DNA of 25,649 nucleotides from Armatimonadota bacterium (lineage in GTDB: Bacteria > Armatimonadota > UBA5829 > DTLH01): NCBI GenBank assembly GCA_039680575.1, contig JBDKSP010000040.1, positions 1-25,649 of the forward strand, given 5' to 3'. Positions 7,052 through 16,127 of this stretch are shown here, piece after piece. The position numbers were made by a program, and so were the translations under genes. Each line of letters begins with the position of its first letter. Positions within the stretch are counted from its first letter, which is position 1. A model generated the notes under the pieces. It did no database searches. It saw nothing but the letters and a program-made list of their open reading frames with translations, and was not told the DNA's origin.

Positions 7052-9538
7052 TTAACCGGCAGCAGCCGGTTCGTGCTTCTCTGCCTGGGCTTCAGCCTTC
7101 GTGAAGAAGACTTTTCCGTCCTCCAGCACCGCGCGTATCGTATCGCCGGCGCTGAACCGGCCAAGTAGTATCTCTTCGGAAAGCGGGTCTTCGATCATCC
7201 GCTGGACTGCTCTTCTGAGCGGTCTTGCACCGAACTGAGGATCGAAACCTTCATCCGAAAGCAGTTTCTTCACGTCCTGACTTACCTCAAGGTCCATACC
7301 CTGTGTAACGAGCTGGGTCCTTACCCTTGAGATCATCAGGTCGACAATCTGCAGGATCTCGTCGTGCATGAGCGAGTGGAAGACGATTACTTCGTCAACC
7401 CTGTTCATGAACTCAGGTCTGAACACCCGCTTCATCTCGTCCATGACCCTGTTTTTCATACTCTCGTAGGCACGCTCACTCTCATCAGCCTTCATCGCCG
7501 GTCGGAAACCTATTTCCGTGCCGCCGGCTATGGACTGCGCGCCGATGTTCGACGTCATGATAATGACCGTGTTCTTGAAGTCGACTATCCGGCCCTGGGA
7601 GTCCGTCAACCGTCCATCCTCCATGACCTGGAGAAGAATGTTGAAGACCTCAGGATGCGCTTTTTCGATCTCGTCCAAAAGCACTACGGAATAAGGCTGG
7701 CGTCTCACCGCTTCGGTGAGCTGTCCTCCCTCATCGTATCCGACGTATCCAGGAGGAGCGCCGACGAGTCTGGAGACCGCGAACCGCTCCATGTACTCGG
7801 ACATGTCGATTCTGATCAGGTTATCCTCGTTCTCGAACAGGAACGCCGCAAGCGCTCTTGCAAGCTCGGTCTTTCCTACACCGGTCGGACCGAGGAAAAT
7901 GAACGAACCCATCGGTCTCTTCGGGTCTTTGAGACCTGATCTCGCGCGCCTTACAGCCTTCGATACCGCAACTACCGCATCGTGCTGTCCAATAAGTCTT
8001 GCGTGCAGCGCATCCTCCATCTTGAGGAGCTTCGCGGTCTCGCCTTCGACCAATCTCGAAACCGGAATTCCGGTCCAACTGTAGACGATCTGAGCGATCT
8101 CGTCTTCCGTAACTACGTTCGGCAGGTTTGCTTTGCTCTCCTGCCACTCCTGTTCGAGAGTCTCTATCTGCTGCTTCAGTTCCTTCTGTCGGTTCTGCAG
8201 CTCAAGCCCTTGATCATACTGCTCGTTCGCCGGAACTGCATGCAATTCCTTGGTCACTTTGGCAAGCTCCTGCTTGGCTTTCCTCAACTCCTTCGGAGGA
8301 AGCGAAAGCTGGAGCCTGACTTTCGATGCCGCTTCATCGATAAGGTCTATGGCTTTATCAGGAAGCGATCTGTCAGTAATGTATCTGTCCGCAAGTCTGA
8401 CGGACGCCACGACAGCATCATCTCTAATCTCAACGCCGTGGTGAGACTCATATCTATCTCTAAGCCCCTTAAGGATCTCGATAGCCTCCTCGATGGAGGG
8501 CTCCCGGACCTGAACGGGCTGGAACCGTCTCTCAAGAGCAGCGTCGCGCTCGATGTATTTTCTGAACTCGTCCATCGTAGTCGCGCCTATGCACTGAAGC
8601 TCACCTCTGGCAAGCGCGGGCTTCATTATATTGGATGCGTCAATCGCACCCTCAGCCGCTCCGGCTCCGACCAGGGTGTGAAGCTCGTCGATGAACAGGA
8701 TCACTTCACCGGATGCTTTTCGCACCTCTTCCATGACCCGCTTCATCCGCTCTTCGAATTCACCCCGGTATTTGGTTCCGGCGACCAACCCCGCAAGATC
8801 AAGGGCAACGATTCGCTTGTCTTTCAGCATCTCCGGCGTGTCACCGGCGACTATCCGCTGCGCAAGACCTTCGGCTATGGCCGTCTTACCCACACCAGGC
8901 TCGCCGATAAGGGCAGGATTGTTCTTCGTACGTCTGGACAGGATCTGGATCACACGCTCGATCTCGCTGTTTCGACCGATGCATGGGTCCAGCTTCTCGT
9001 TTCTGGCAAGCTCCGTCAGATCACGGCCAAACTCATCAAGAGTAGGCGTGCGCGACCTCGTCCGGCTGCTGCCGCCGGCTGCCGGTGTAATGGACGCATC
9101 ACCACCACCATCCTGCAGGCTCATGACTTCACGCCGTGTCCGTTCCAGATCGACTCCCAGCTTGGACAAAACCCTGCCGGCGAGTCCTTCCGCTTCACGG
9201 ATGAGCCCCAGGAGTAGGTGCTCGGTTCCTATATAGTTATTATTTAGTTGTCTCGCCTCATCATAGGCGAGGTCAATGACTCGTTTCGCGCGGGGTGTCA
9301 GTTGCATGTCCTGTCCGAGTCTGCCGTCTCCTCTGGAGACCTGGCGCTCTATCTCGGACTTGACTCTGCTCAAGCTCACGCCCATGCGGTCGAGGATTCG
9401 TGCTGCCACACTGTCGTTTTCTCTGACCAGCCCGAGGAGCAGATGCTCGGTCGAGACATAATTCTCGCCCAATCTGCCGGCCTCTTCCTGAGCAAAGAAG
9501 ACCACTCTCCTGGCTCGCTCAGTGAACCTCTGCCACAT
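7052..9538 (-). CDS. clpC: ATP-dependent Clp protease ATP-binding subunit ClpC
   Basis: 828 aa; double Clp-N repeats (TEHLLLGL x2), Walker A GEPGVGKT and GPTGVGKT, Walker B LFIDE and [15 protein letters not shown] pore loop, IGF tripeptide for ClpP docking, GARPLRR; downstream of mcsB. Confidence 0.97.
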   Translation of the reverse strand: MWQRFTERARRVVFFAQEEAGRLGENYVSTEHLLLGLVRENDSVAARILDRMGVSLSRVKSEIERQVSRGDGRLGQDMQLTPRAKRVIDLAYDEARQLNNNYIGTEHLLLGLIREAEGLAGRVLSKLGVDLERTRREVMSLQDGGGDASITPAAGGSSRTRSRTPTLDEFGRDLTELARNEKLDPCIGRNSEIERVIQILSRRTKNNPALIGEPGVGKTAIAEGLAQRIVAGDTPEMLKDKRIVALDLAGLVAGTKYRGEFEERMKRVMEEVRKASGEVILFIDELHTLVGAGAAEGAIDASNIMKPALARGELQCIGATTMDEFRKYIERDAALERRFQPVQVREPSIEEAIEILKGLRDRYESHHGVEIRDDAVVASVRLADRYITDRSLPDKAIDLIDEAASKVRLQLSLPPKELRKAKQELAKVTKELHAVPANEQYDQGLELQNRQKELKQQIETLEQEWQESKANLPNVVTEDEIAQIVYSWTGIPVSRLVEGETAKLLKMEDALHARLIGQHDAVVAVSKAVRRARSGLKDPKRPMGSFIFLGPTGVGKTELARALAAFLFENEDNLIRIDMSEYMERFAVSRLVGAPPGYVGYDEGGQLTEAVRRQPYSVVLLDEIEKAHPEVFNILLQVMEDGRLTDSQGRIVDFKNTVIIMTSNIGAQSIAGGTEIGFRPAMKADESERAYESMKNRVMDEMKRVFRPEFMNRVDEVIVFHSLMHDEILQIVDLMISRVRTQLVTQGMDLEVSQDVKKLLSDEGFDPQFGARPLRRAVQRMIEDPLSEEILLGRFSAGDTIRAVLEDGKVFFTKAEAQAEKHEPAAAG

Positions 9539-9748
9539 TTATCGTTTCCCTCCTTTGCTTAGCCCATATTATTCGCTGGACGAATAATACAAGCCAGGGA
9601 TTGCCGGAACATCATATTCCGGGTAGTTCTATAGTTATCGGGGCCAACCCCCAACCCCACAGGTTTTCTCTCTAAAACTTCACTACTATTATACTATAGA
9701 TTTTCGGCTATAGATGGTTTACAGATTATCCTTCCACATCAGGACGGT

Positions 9749-10792
9749 TTATAACTGTACTCCTCTTATCCTTCTTCTTATCAAAACTGCTCTTTTTCTA
9801 TCGACCGCAATCGCCGAATATCTGGACTCGTCCTCGACATACATGACCCGCATAACAACCAGGAGCTCGTTCAACTCTTTAGCGGAGCATCCGCCGGCAC
9901 AACCCAGTGCTCCTGCAAGCCTGATTGGAGACAGGAGCCTTAGGGCTTCACCCGCTGTTATGACCTCGGCGTTTCTAAGCCTCGCCAGACTCTGTCTTGC
10001 GGCCATAACAAGCTTCATCCGCCTCATGGTGAGGATTTCATCTCTCGCCCGGCGTTCCTCACCTAAAAGGTGGGCGGAAACTCCACGAACCCGCTCAGCA
10101 AGCTCTCTTTCTGGTGCTCCAAGAGTCACTTCGTTCGAAACTTGATAAAAATCTCCAAGACCCTTCGAACCCTCACCGAAAAGCCCCCTTACGGAAACTC
10201 CCAGATCGATTGCAGCCTTAAGCGTACTCGCCAACCTGCCGGTCATCGCAAGTCCCGCAAGATGCATCATAGCCGAAATCCTGAGCCCTGTCCCCAGGTT
10301 AGAGAGACTTGCCGTAAGATAACCGAGCCTGTTCGAACAGGCGAATTTCAACTCTTTTGCAAGCTCATCGTCGATCTCATCGACCAGTCTCCATGCCGGA
10401 AGCGGCTGAAGGCCGGGAAGAATCGTCTGGACCCGAAAGTGGTCCTCCTCATTTACCATTATGGCAATCCTGCCGCCCGACTCAAGGAATACAATCCCTC
10501 CCCTTCTCGGTCTGACCTGTTGAGGACTCGCAAGATGCGCATCTACCAGGAAGTTGCGGTCCTCTTCATCAATCCGCGCAATATCCACCATGCGCAGGTC
10601 CGGCCACCGCGATTTCAACCGCTCGATGGCTTTTTCTGCCAATTCTGCAACGTTTTCAAGGTCCTCGATCCCCGCACGCCCTGGAAACGGGATACCGGAA
10701 AGGTTCCTGGCCAACCTGGCTCTTGTCGAAACGACAATATCCGATTCCGGCCCATCCGCCTTAGTCCATGCGGGCAGTATATCTCTCCACAT
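9749..10792 (-). CDS. mcsB: Protein arginine kinase McsB (ATP:guanido phosphotransferase family), divergent active site
   Basis: STRARLARNL, MVNEEDHFRVQ, GYLT...NLGTGLR, VRGLFGEGS, YQVSNEVTLG; lies between mcsA and clpC. Start moved to ATG 10792, right after the mcsA stop. Confidence 0.9.
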   Translation of the reverse strand: MWRDILPAWTKADGPESDIVVSTRARLARNLSGIPFPGRAGIEDLENVAELAEKAIERLKSRWPDLRMVDIARIDEEDRNFLVDAHLASPQQVRPRRGGIVFLESGGRIAIMVNEEDHFRVQTILPGLQPLPAWRLVDEIDDELAKELKFACSNRLGYLTASLSNLGTGLRISAMMHLAGLAMTGRLASTLKAAIDLGVSVRGLFGEGSKGLGDFYQVSNEVTLGAPERELAERVRGVSAHLLGEERRARDEILTMRRMKLVMAARQSLARLRNAEVITAGEALRLLSPIRLAGALGCAGGCSAKELNELLVVMRVMYVEDESRYSAIAVDRKRAVLIRRRIRGVQL

Positions 10793-10797
10793 TCCTC

Positions 10798-11175
10798 TTA
10801 CCCAATCGGTAACTTTCCGACGTGAGCCCTCCAGCCCTGTATCGACTCTATGGCTGAAGCGAGGTCGGAAGAGAATCGCTCGTAACACATCTCGCAGCCT
10901 ACTGCGGCATTAGTCAACACTTCCGCCAGAGTAGTGCCGCAGCCCGGACAGCCAATGTCAGGATCGATCCCGGCAGCGCGAGCCCTGTTTATCGATGCCG
11001 CTGATACCAGGCCTGCCAACCTTCCCGAACCGTCGAAATAGAGCTTTTCATATGCCGGAGCACATTCCAAGCACACAAACGTTCGGTCTAGAAAATGGCC
11101 CGACCGCCAGCAACTAAAGCTGACGGTCGCTTTTTTAGCCCGACAAATTTGACAAATTGGTTCGTCTCCGGTCAC
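10798..11175 (-). CDS. mcsA: McsA-like zinc-binding activator lacking the C-terminal UVR domain
   Basis: Four CxxC motifs (CQIC, CLEC, CPGC, CEMC), GCEMCYERF and HVGKLP motifs; immediately upstream of mcsB; GTG start. Confidence 0.85.
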   Translation of the reverse strand: MTGDEPICQICRAKKATVSFSCWRSGHFLDRTFVCLECAPAYEKLYFDGSGRLAGLVSAASINRARAAGIDPDIGCPGCGTTLAEVLTNAAVGCEMCYERFSSDLASAIESIQGWRAHVGKLPIG

Positions 11176-11180
11176 ACCGG

Positions 11181-12044
11181 CTAGCCTTCCTTCCGAACAA
11201 AAGTGCGGTAAGCGCGGCTCAGCTTCATGGTTGTATCACCCGGTTTACCGGTCCCGATCTGCCTGCCGTCTACATTTACTACGGGTATGACCTCGGCGGC
11301 TGTTCCCGTAAGGAAGCACTCATCGGCGGAATATATGTCAAAGACGGTCAACCAGGATTCTATAACCTCGTAACCATCCTCTCGTGCCAGGTCCATGACG
11401 GTATTCCGGGTAACTCCTTCAAGGATTCCGGCTGCCGGAAGCGGCGTGTAGACCTTTTTGTCTTTGATAATAAAAATATTATCGCCGGTGCACTCGGCTA
11501 CATAGCCCTGCATATTCAGCATAAGACCTTCGCCCGCGCCCTGGCGGTTAGCCTCCATTTTTGCCTGAATATTACAAATGTACTTGCCCGTCGATTTCAC
11601 CCTCGGCTCTATGGACATAGGTGACGGGACTCTGGTCGAGCAAGTAATCACCTTGAGACCGTTTTCATACATCTCCTCGGGATAAAGTGCCAGTTGACTG
11701 GTCATAATCAGCACGTTCGGAGTTTTACAGACAGCAGGGTTAAGCCCGAGACCGTTTCCTCTTGAAACGTTGACCCTGATATATCCGTCCACAACCTCGT
11801 TTACTTTGACGAGCTTGATAACGCACTGAATAAACTCCTCCTGGGACATAGGCATCTCGATACCGATTGTCTTTGTCCCGCTATAAAGCCGAGCGACATG
11901 CTCTTTCAGCTTAAAGACTCTCCGGCTATAAGCACGAATACCTTCAAACACTCCGTCTCCATACAAATAGCCGTGATCACTGACCGAGATAACGGCTTCA
12001 CTGGTAGGGACAAGATTACCGTTGAGATAGACTACTGGCTCCAT
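11181..12044 (-). CDS. ilvE: Branched-chain amino acid aminotransferase (PLP class IV)
   Basis: DHGYLYGDGVFEGIRAY, YIR, catalytic Lys in RVKS, VAECTGDNIF, ILEGVTR, ADECFLTGTAAEV. Start moved to ATG 12044 (GGAGAG RBS 7 nt upstream, promoter just upstream). Confidence 0.93.
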   Translation of the reverse strand: MEPVVYLNGNLVPTSEAVISVSDHGYLYGDGVFEGIRAYSRRVFKLKEHVARLYSGTKTIGIEMPMSQEEFIQCVIKLVKVNEVVDGYIRVNVSRGNGLGLNPAVCKTPNVLIMTSQLALYPEEMYENGLKVITCSTRVPSPMSIEPRVKSTGKYICNIQAKMEANRQGAGEGLMLNMQGYVAECTGDNIFIIKDKKVYTPLPAAGILEGVTRNTVMDLAREDGYEVIESWLTVFDIYSADECFLTGTAAEVIPVVNVDGRQIGTGKPGDTTMKLSRAYRTFVRKEG

Positions 12045-12070
12045 CGACTTGCTCTCCATAAAGCATTCAC

Positions 12071-12099
12071 AGTATACCATATACTGCTCGTTTTGGCAA
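12071..12099 (-). promoter_or_regulatory. Sigma-70-type promoter of ilvE-mcsA-mcsB
   Basis: Minus strand TTGCCA-N17-TATACT with TG extended -10. Confidence 0.7.
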
Positions 12100-12237
12100 A
12101 GAGCTGTCACCACTAGACCAATTTTCGCCATTAATTATGTACCGAAATGAAGCGGCTGGCGCTGACACTCTATGCTTGCCATTAGGATAACAGGAATATT
12201 CGCTTGGTGCAAGTGGGATAAGTGGTTTCAGAGGTCT

Positions 12238-12271
12238 GGTCAGGGAACGGATTTGGTTCCATTCCCTGACC
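12238..12271 (-). terminator. Hairpin directly after the PEP-CTERM gene
   Basis: GGTCAGGGAA/TTCCCTGACC 10-bp stem 8 bp after the stop; no U-tract. Confidence 0.45.
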
Positions 12272-12279
12272 GGGGAGAA

Positions 12280-12987
12280 TCATTGTTTTCTTCGAAGAAC
12301 CAGGCCTACGGCTCCGACAAGTGCGGAACTGAGCGCCAAAAGCGATCCCGGCTCAGGAACATTGGGACCTGTGGTTTGACCCCTGAGGTATGAATACTGC
12401 GAGTCCGGTGAAGCTGTACCCGCCGCGACGGCAGAAACTACACAGTCATTGCCCGTATCTGAAACCGCCCATAAACAGACGCTTTCAGCAGGCATAAGCC
12501 CCAAATTATTGCCGTCATCAGCATCCTGCCAATATATTACGGGGTTGGTACCATCAACCGCAGCGACCCAACCGGAGCTTATATATTCTCCGTTTGTGTC
12601 TTTTATGGCCTTCACGTTTTGCCTTGAGACCATAACATTGAGCGGTGTTGAAGGCCAGGCAACGCCGAACATTTTCAGGCCTTCCCCTTCGTTAGGTTCG
12701 TAGGACAAGTTAGTTATAAGGTATGAATATAAAAAACCCGCCGTATTGAGCCCTGTTACCTTGCGTGTCCACTCGTTGTTATAAACGGTCTGCTGGACTT
12801 TTAGTACCAGTTTGTCCTTATTCTCATTAAGCACTGATGTCGACGGATTAAACCATACAGCACCGTCGTTCAACCAGAAAGAAACATCCTCACTGGTAAT
12901 ACCTGAGCCTGTTGCTTGTGAGAACGCTGCAGAAGTAATGGCAAATAAAACCATTACCGACAGCAGAAGATACTTAATTGGTCGCAT
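12280..12987 (-). CDS. PEP-CTERM (exosortase-sorted) surface protein
   Basis: Signal peptide MRPIKYLLLSVMVLFAITSAAFS; C-terminus VPEPGSLLALSSALVGAVGLVLRRKQ. Start moved to ATG 12987 behind a G-rich RBS. Confidence 0.92.
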   Translation of the reverse strand: MRPIKYLLLSVMVLFAITSAAFSQATGSGITSEDVSFWLNDGAVWFNPSTSVLNENKDKLVLKVQQTVYNNEWTRKVTGLNTAGFLYSYLITNLSYEPNEGEGLKMFGVAWPSTPLNVMVSRQNVKAIKDTNGEYISSGWVAAVDGTNPVIYWQDADDGNNLGLMPAESVCLWAVSDTGNDCVVSAVAAGTASPDSQYSYLRGQTTGPNVPEPGSLLALSSALVGAVGLVLRRKQ

Positions 12988-13018
12988 ACTCTCCCCCCCT
13001 TCATATGTAGCATTTACC

Positions 13019-13034
13019 TGCATAATCCGTGCCA
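13019..13034 (-). promoter_or_regulatory. Sigma-54 (-24/-12) promoter of the PEP-CTERM gene
   Basis: Minus strand TGGCACGGATTATGCA (GG-N10-GC; one mismatch to TGGCACG-N4-TTGCW), 31 bp upstream of the ATG. Confidence 0.75.
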
Positions 13035-13183
13035 CGCGGACACATCCCAGTGAAATATCGTTACTTTTTGATGGTATATTGAATGGTGGAATGCTTGCCT
13101 GCATGGGAGCAAAATGTTATTCTGGATTCCAGAAATAATACGATCGGTTTTACGTTCAAAAGAGCGACTGGGGAGTAAAGATC

Positions 13184-16108
13184 ATGTCAACAGGGGCTGC
13201 AGGCGTGCCAGAGGCGAAGTATGGGGTTGCGTCCTGGCCGGAAGAGCGGGGAAATCACCGCGCGCTGGTGCAGGTGAGCGAAAAAGCATACGCTGTTTCA
13301 GCAAAAATCCCATGGCGGCGAAGAGACAATGCCAAATTGAAAGCGATCCGGGTCTTTGACTCGGCTACCGGAGAACACGTAACAAACGCAGCCCGTTTGG
13401 ACATCAACCAGGACTTCGGAGAGATAGCTTTTCAGCCCGCTACGGTACCGGGAACCTATGAAATTTATTACATGCCCTACATTCCGCCGAAGTCCAGCGT
13501 AGGAGATTCAGGCGTTTACCCCGAACCGGATGATACTGCAGACTCGGAGTGGCTTCAGGCTGTGGTGGCAAAGCAAAGTCCCCTTCCGCAAGTCGAACTT
13601 ATCGAAATACAGGCAAGAAGCGAGTTTCACCGCTTCGACCCAATGGAAGTGGCCGCAACTGCAGACGAAGTCAGTGATCTCGTTGCCAAATATGCTGATA
13701 AGCCCTACCTGACCTTCCCTGAGGACCGCAAAAACCCAATTCGGATGTTCGGCTATCTTCCTACGCGCTGGATTAAGGCCGGTCCAAGCAGCGAATTCAC
13801 TGGAGATGCCCAACCGAATGAGTTCTATGCTTTTCAAATCGGTGTTTATGCCGCGCGGGAGGGTATATCCAACCTTTCCATACGTTTCGAGGACATGAAA
13901 ACCCCCGATGGTAGGACCATCCCCGCATCTGCCCTCCGCTGCTTCAATCTTGGTGGCGTGGACTGGCTCGGAAGGCCGTTTGATAAGAATTTCAGTGTCA
14001 GAAAGGGCATGGTCGGCGCATTATGGATAGGCGTGGACGTTCCAGAAGATGCGAAAGGTATCTATACCGGCAAACTGACGCTTCTTCCCGATGGAGCAGA
14101 GCCTGCAGATGTAAAATTGCAGCTCTCCGTCGGCGGTAAAGCGCTGGAAGACCGGGGTGACAGCGAGTTATGGCGCCACTCCAAGCTGAGATGGCTCGAT
14201 TCCACCATTGCGATAGATGACGATGTGATTCCACCCTACACCCCGCTCAAGTCGCGTGGAGATACAATCGAACTCTTAGGGCGAGAGGTCACTTTCGGCG
14301 AAACGGGACTGCCGGAGAGCATAAAGAGTAACGGCAGAGCGATTCTGGAGCAGCCGATGAGCTGGATTGTCGAGACAGAAGCAGGACAGGTCTCATGGAA
14401 GCGCGGAGAAACACAGGTTTTGAAAGAAACGCCCGGTATCATATTAAGGCTTTCCACATTCGAAGGCGGGCAATTTTCCGGTAAATGCTGGTCCAAAACC
14501 GAGTTCGATGGCTGTGTCACCTTCAGGGTAGCTTTAAAAGCAAATTCAACTGCACATATAAATGATATCCGGCTTGAGATACCCTTCGTCAAGGATGTCG
14601 CCAATTACATGATGGGGCTCAGCCGCGAAGGCGGTTACTGTCCCGATGAATGGAAGTGGGTCTGGAATATAGAGCGTTCGGACAACATGGTCTGGCTCGG
14701 CGACTTCGACGCAGGGCTTCAGTGCAAGCTCAAGGACACAGAGGACACCTGGGAGACATTCAACCTCAAAGAATCCGGCATCCCGAAATCCTGGGACAAC
14801 AGCGGCAAAGGCGGAGCGGTTATTAAAAAAGAGGATGATCGGACACTTTTGCGCATCTACTCCGGTGAGCGCACTTTGGAAGCCGGTGATGAGCTCCAAT
14901 TCCGGTTCCGGCTGCTTATTACCCCGTTCAGGCCGATTGACGCTGAACACTGGGACTGGCATTACGATCAGATGGGTGTTGTCGAACCCGGCGAATACAC
15001 AAACATCGCGCATATACATCATGGAATACGCGAGAACCCGTATATAAACTATCCGTTTATCGAGTCTGACAGGTTGAAGGCATGTGTCCAGAAAATACAT
15101 GATGCCGGTCAGAAGGTAACGCTTTACTATACGGTGCGCGAGTTAAGCAGCCATACGCCGGAATTATGGGCGCTGCGCAGCCTCGGAAGCGAGATATTCG
15201 CGGAAAACGAAGCGGTTTCCTATACGGACAAGGGCGCGTTTGCAAGCACTGCGGGAACCGGGTACTCCTGGCTTCAGGAACACCTGGTCAGCGGATACGC
15301 TCCAGCGTGGCTTCAGCCGCTCTGGGACGGTACCTTCGACGCCGCTATCGGAACAACCGGCCTTTCCCGCTGGCACAATTATTATATCGAGGGAATGCGC
15401 TGGCTGATGGATAACACCGGCATCGACGGCTTGTATCTGGACGGCATCGGCTACGACCGCGAGATAATGAAGCGCATCCGTAAAGTTATGCTTCGTACGC
15501 GGCCGGACTCGCTCGTGAAGTTCCACTCAGGTAACAACTATACCTACCTGGATTCCAGAGTGAGCCCGCTGAACCAGTATATGGAGCACTTGCCATATTT
15601 CAGTGACCTCTGGATTGGCGAGATGTATGATTATGATAAGTCGCCTGATTATTGGCTGGTTGAAATATCCGGCATTCCGTTCGGGCTGACAAGCGAAATG
15701 CTGAATTACGAGAACGGCGGCAACGCTTACAGGGGTATGGTGTATGGGATGACCGGCCGCCAAAGCCGAACTTACCGTTCTATGCTCAGATTCTGGGACG
15801 AGTTCGGAATCAAGGACGCCAGGATGATCGGTTACTGGGACCCGTCATGCCCGGTAAAGGCGATGCACGAGGACGTTCTCGCTACAGTATATATAAAGAA
15901 GCATAAGACTCTGGTCTCGATTGCAAGCTGGGCAAGTGGACCGGTGGATGTTAAACTTGGAGTCGACTGGCAGGCGCTCGGTCTGGACTCGTCGAAGACG
16001 AAGGTCTACGCTCCGCCGATTGAGAATTTTCAGGATGGAAGAGAGTGGACCCCGGATGCGGCGATCAACGTCGAACCGGGCAAAGGTTGGCTTCTTGTTC
16101 TTGAATAG
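13184..16108 (+). CDS. Large glycoside hydrolase-like protein (DUF6067 / GH123-related)
   Basis: 974 aa; GNHRALV, FPEDR, FQIGV, LWRHSKLRWLDST, NPYINYPF, YYTVRELS, IDGLYLDG, DYWLVEISGIPFGL motifs as recalled for this family. No signal peptide. Confidence 0.7.
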   Translation: MSTGAAGVPEAKYGVASWPEERGNHRALVQVSEKAYAVSAKIPWRRRDNAKLKAIRVFDSATGEHVTNAARLDINQDFGEIAFQPATVPGTYEIYYMPYIPPKSSVGDSGVYPEPDDTADSEWLQAVVAKQSPLPQVELIEIQARSEFHRFDPMEVAATADEVSDLVAKYADKPYLTFPEDRKNPIRMFGYLPTRWIKAGPSSEFTGDAQPNEFYAFQIGVYAAREGISNLSIRFEDMKTPDGRTIPASALRCFNLGGVDWLGRPFDKNFSVRKGMVGALWIGVDVPEDAKGIYTGKLTLLPDGAEPADVKLQLSVGGKALEDRGDSELWRHSKLRWLDSTIAIDDDVIPPYTPLKSRGDTIELLGREVTFGETGLPESIKSNGRAILEQPMSWIVETEAGQVSWKRGETQVLKETPGIILRLSTFEGGQFSGKCWSKTEFDGCVTFRVALKANSTAHINDIRLEIPFVKDVANYMMGLSREGGYCPDEWKWVWNIERSDNMVWLGDFDAGLQCKLKDTEDTWETFNLKESGIPKSWDNSGKGGAVIKKEDDRTLLRIYSGERTLEAGDELQFRFRLLITPFRPIDAEHWDWHYDQMGVVEPGEYTNIAHIHHGIRENPYINYPFIESDRLKACVQKIHDAGQKVTLYYTVRELSSHTPELWALRSLGSEIFAENEAVSYTDKGAFASTAGTGYSWLQEHLVSGYAPAWLQPLWDGTFDAAIGTTGLSRWHNYYIEGMRWLMDNTGIDGLYLDGIGYDREIMKRIRKVMLRTRPDSLVKFHSGNNYTYLDSRVSPLNQYMEHLPYFSDLWIGEMYDYDKSPDYWLVEISGIPFGLTSEMLNYENGGNAYRGMVYGMTGRQSRTYRSMLRFWDEFGIKDARMIGYWDPSCPVKAMHEDVLATVYIKKHKTLVSIASWASGPVDVKLGVDWQALGLDSSKTKVYAPPIENFQDGREWTPDAAINVEPGKGWLLVLE

Positions 16109-16127
16109 CAGGTTTTTGTGAGGCAAT

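Noticed and set aside
6802..7164. 120-aa ORF overlapping the clpC 3' end
   Set aside because: It runs through the clpC terminator and the next promoter and has no protein-like motifs.
7982..9217. 411-aa plus-strand ORF and the other ORFs antisense to clpC, mcsB, der and the hydrolases
   Set aside because: Shadow frames of well-conserved genes, with no recognisable motifs.
9539..9748. CtsR heptad repeat or CIRCE element upstream of clpC
   Set aside because: Neither a GGTCAAA-type direct repeat nor TTAGCACTC-N9-GAGTGCTAA is present.
10793..10888. Longer N-termini given by the ORF track for mcsB (likewise ilvE 12131, PEP-CTERM 13104, exbB 23060, exbD 23682)
   Set aside because: The extensions overlap upstream genes or promoters, or lack an RBS; the downstream ATGs have better RBS and family-typical starts.
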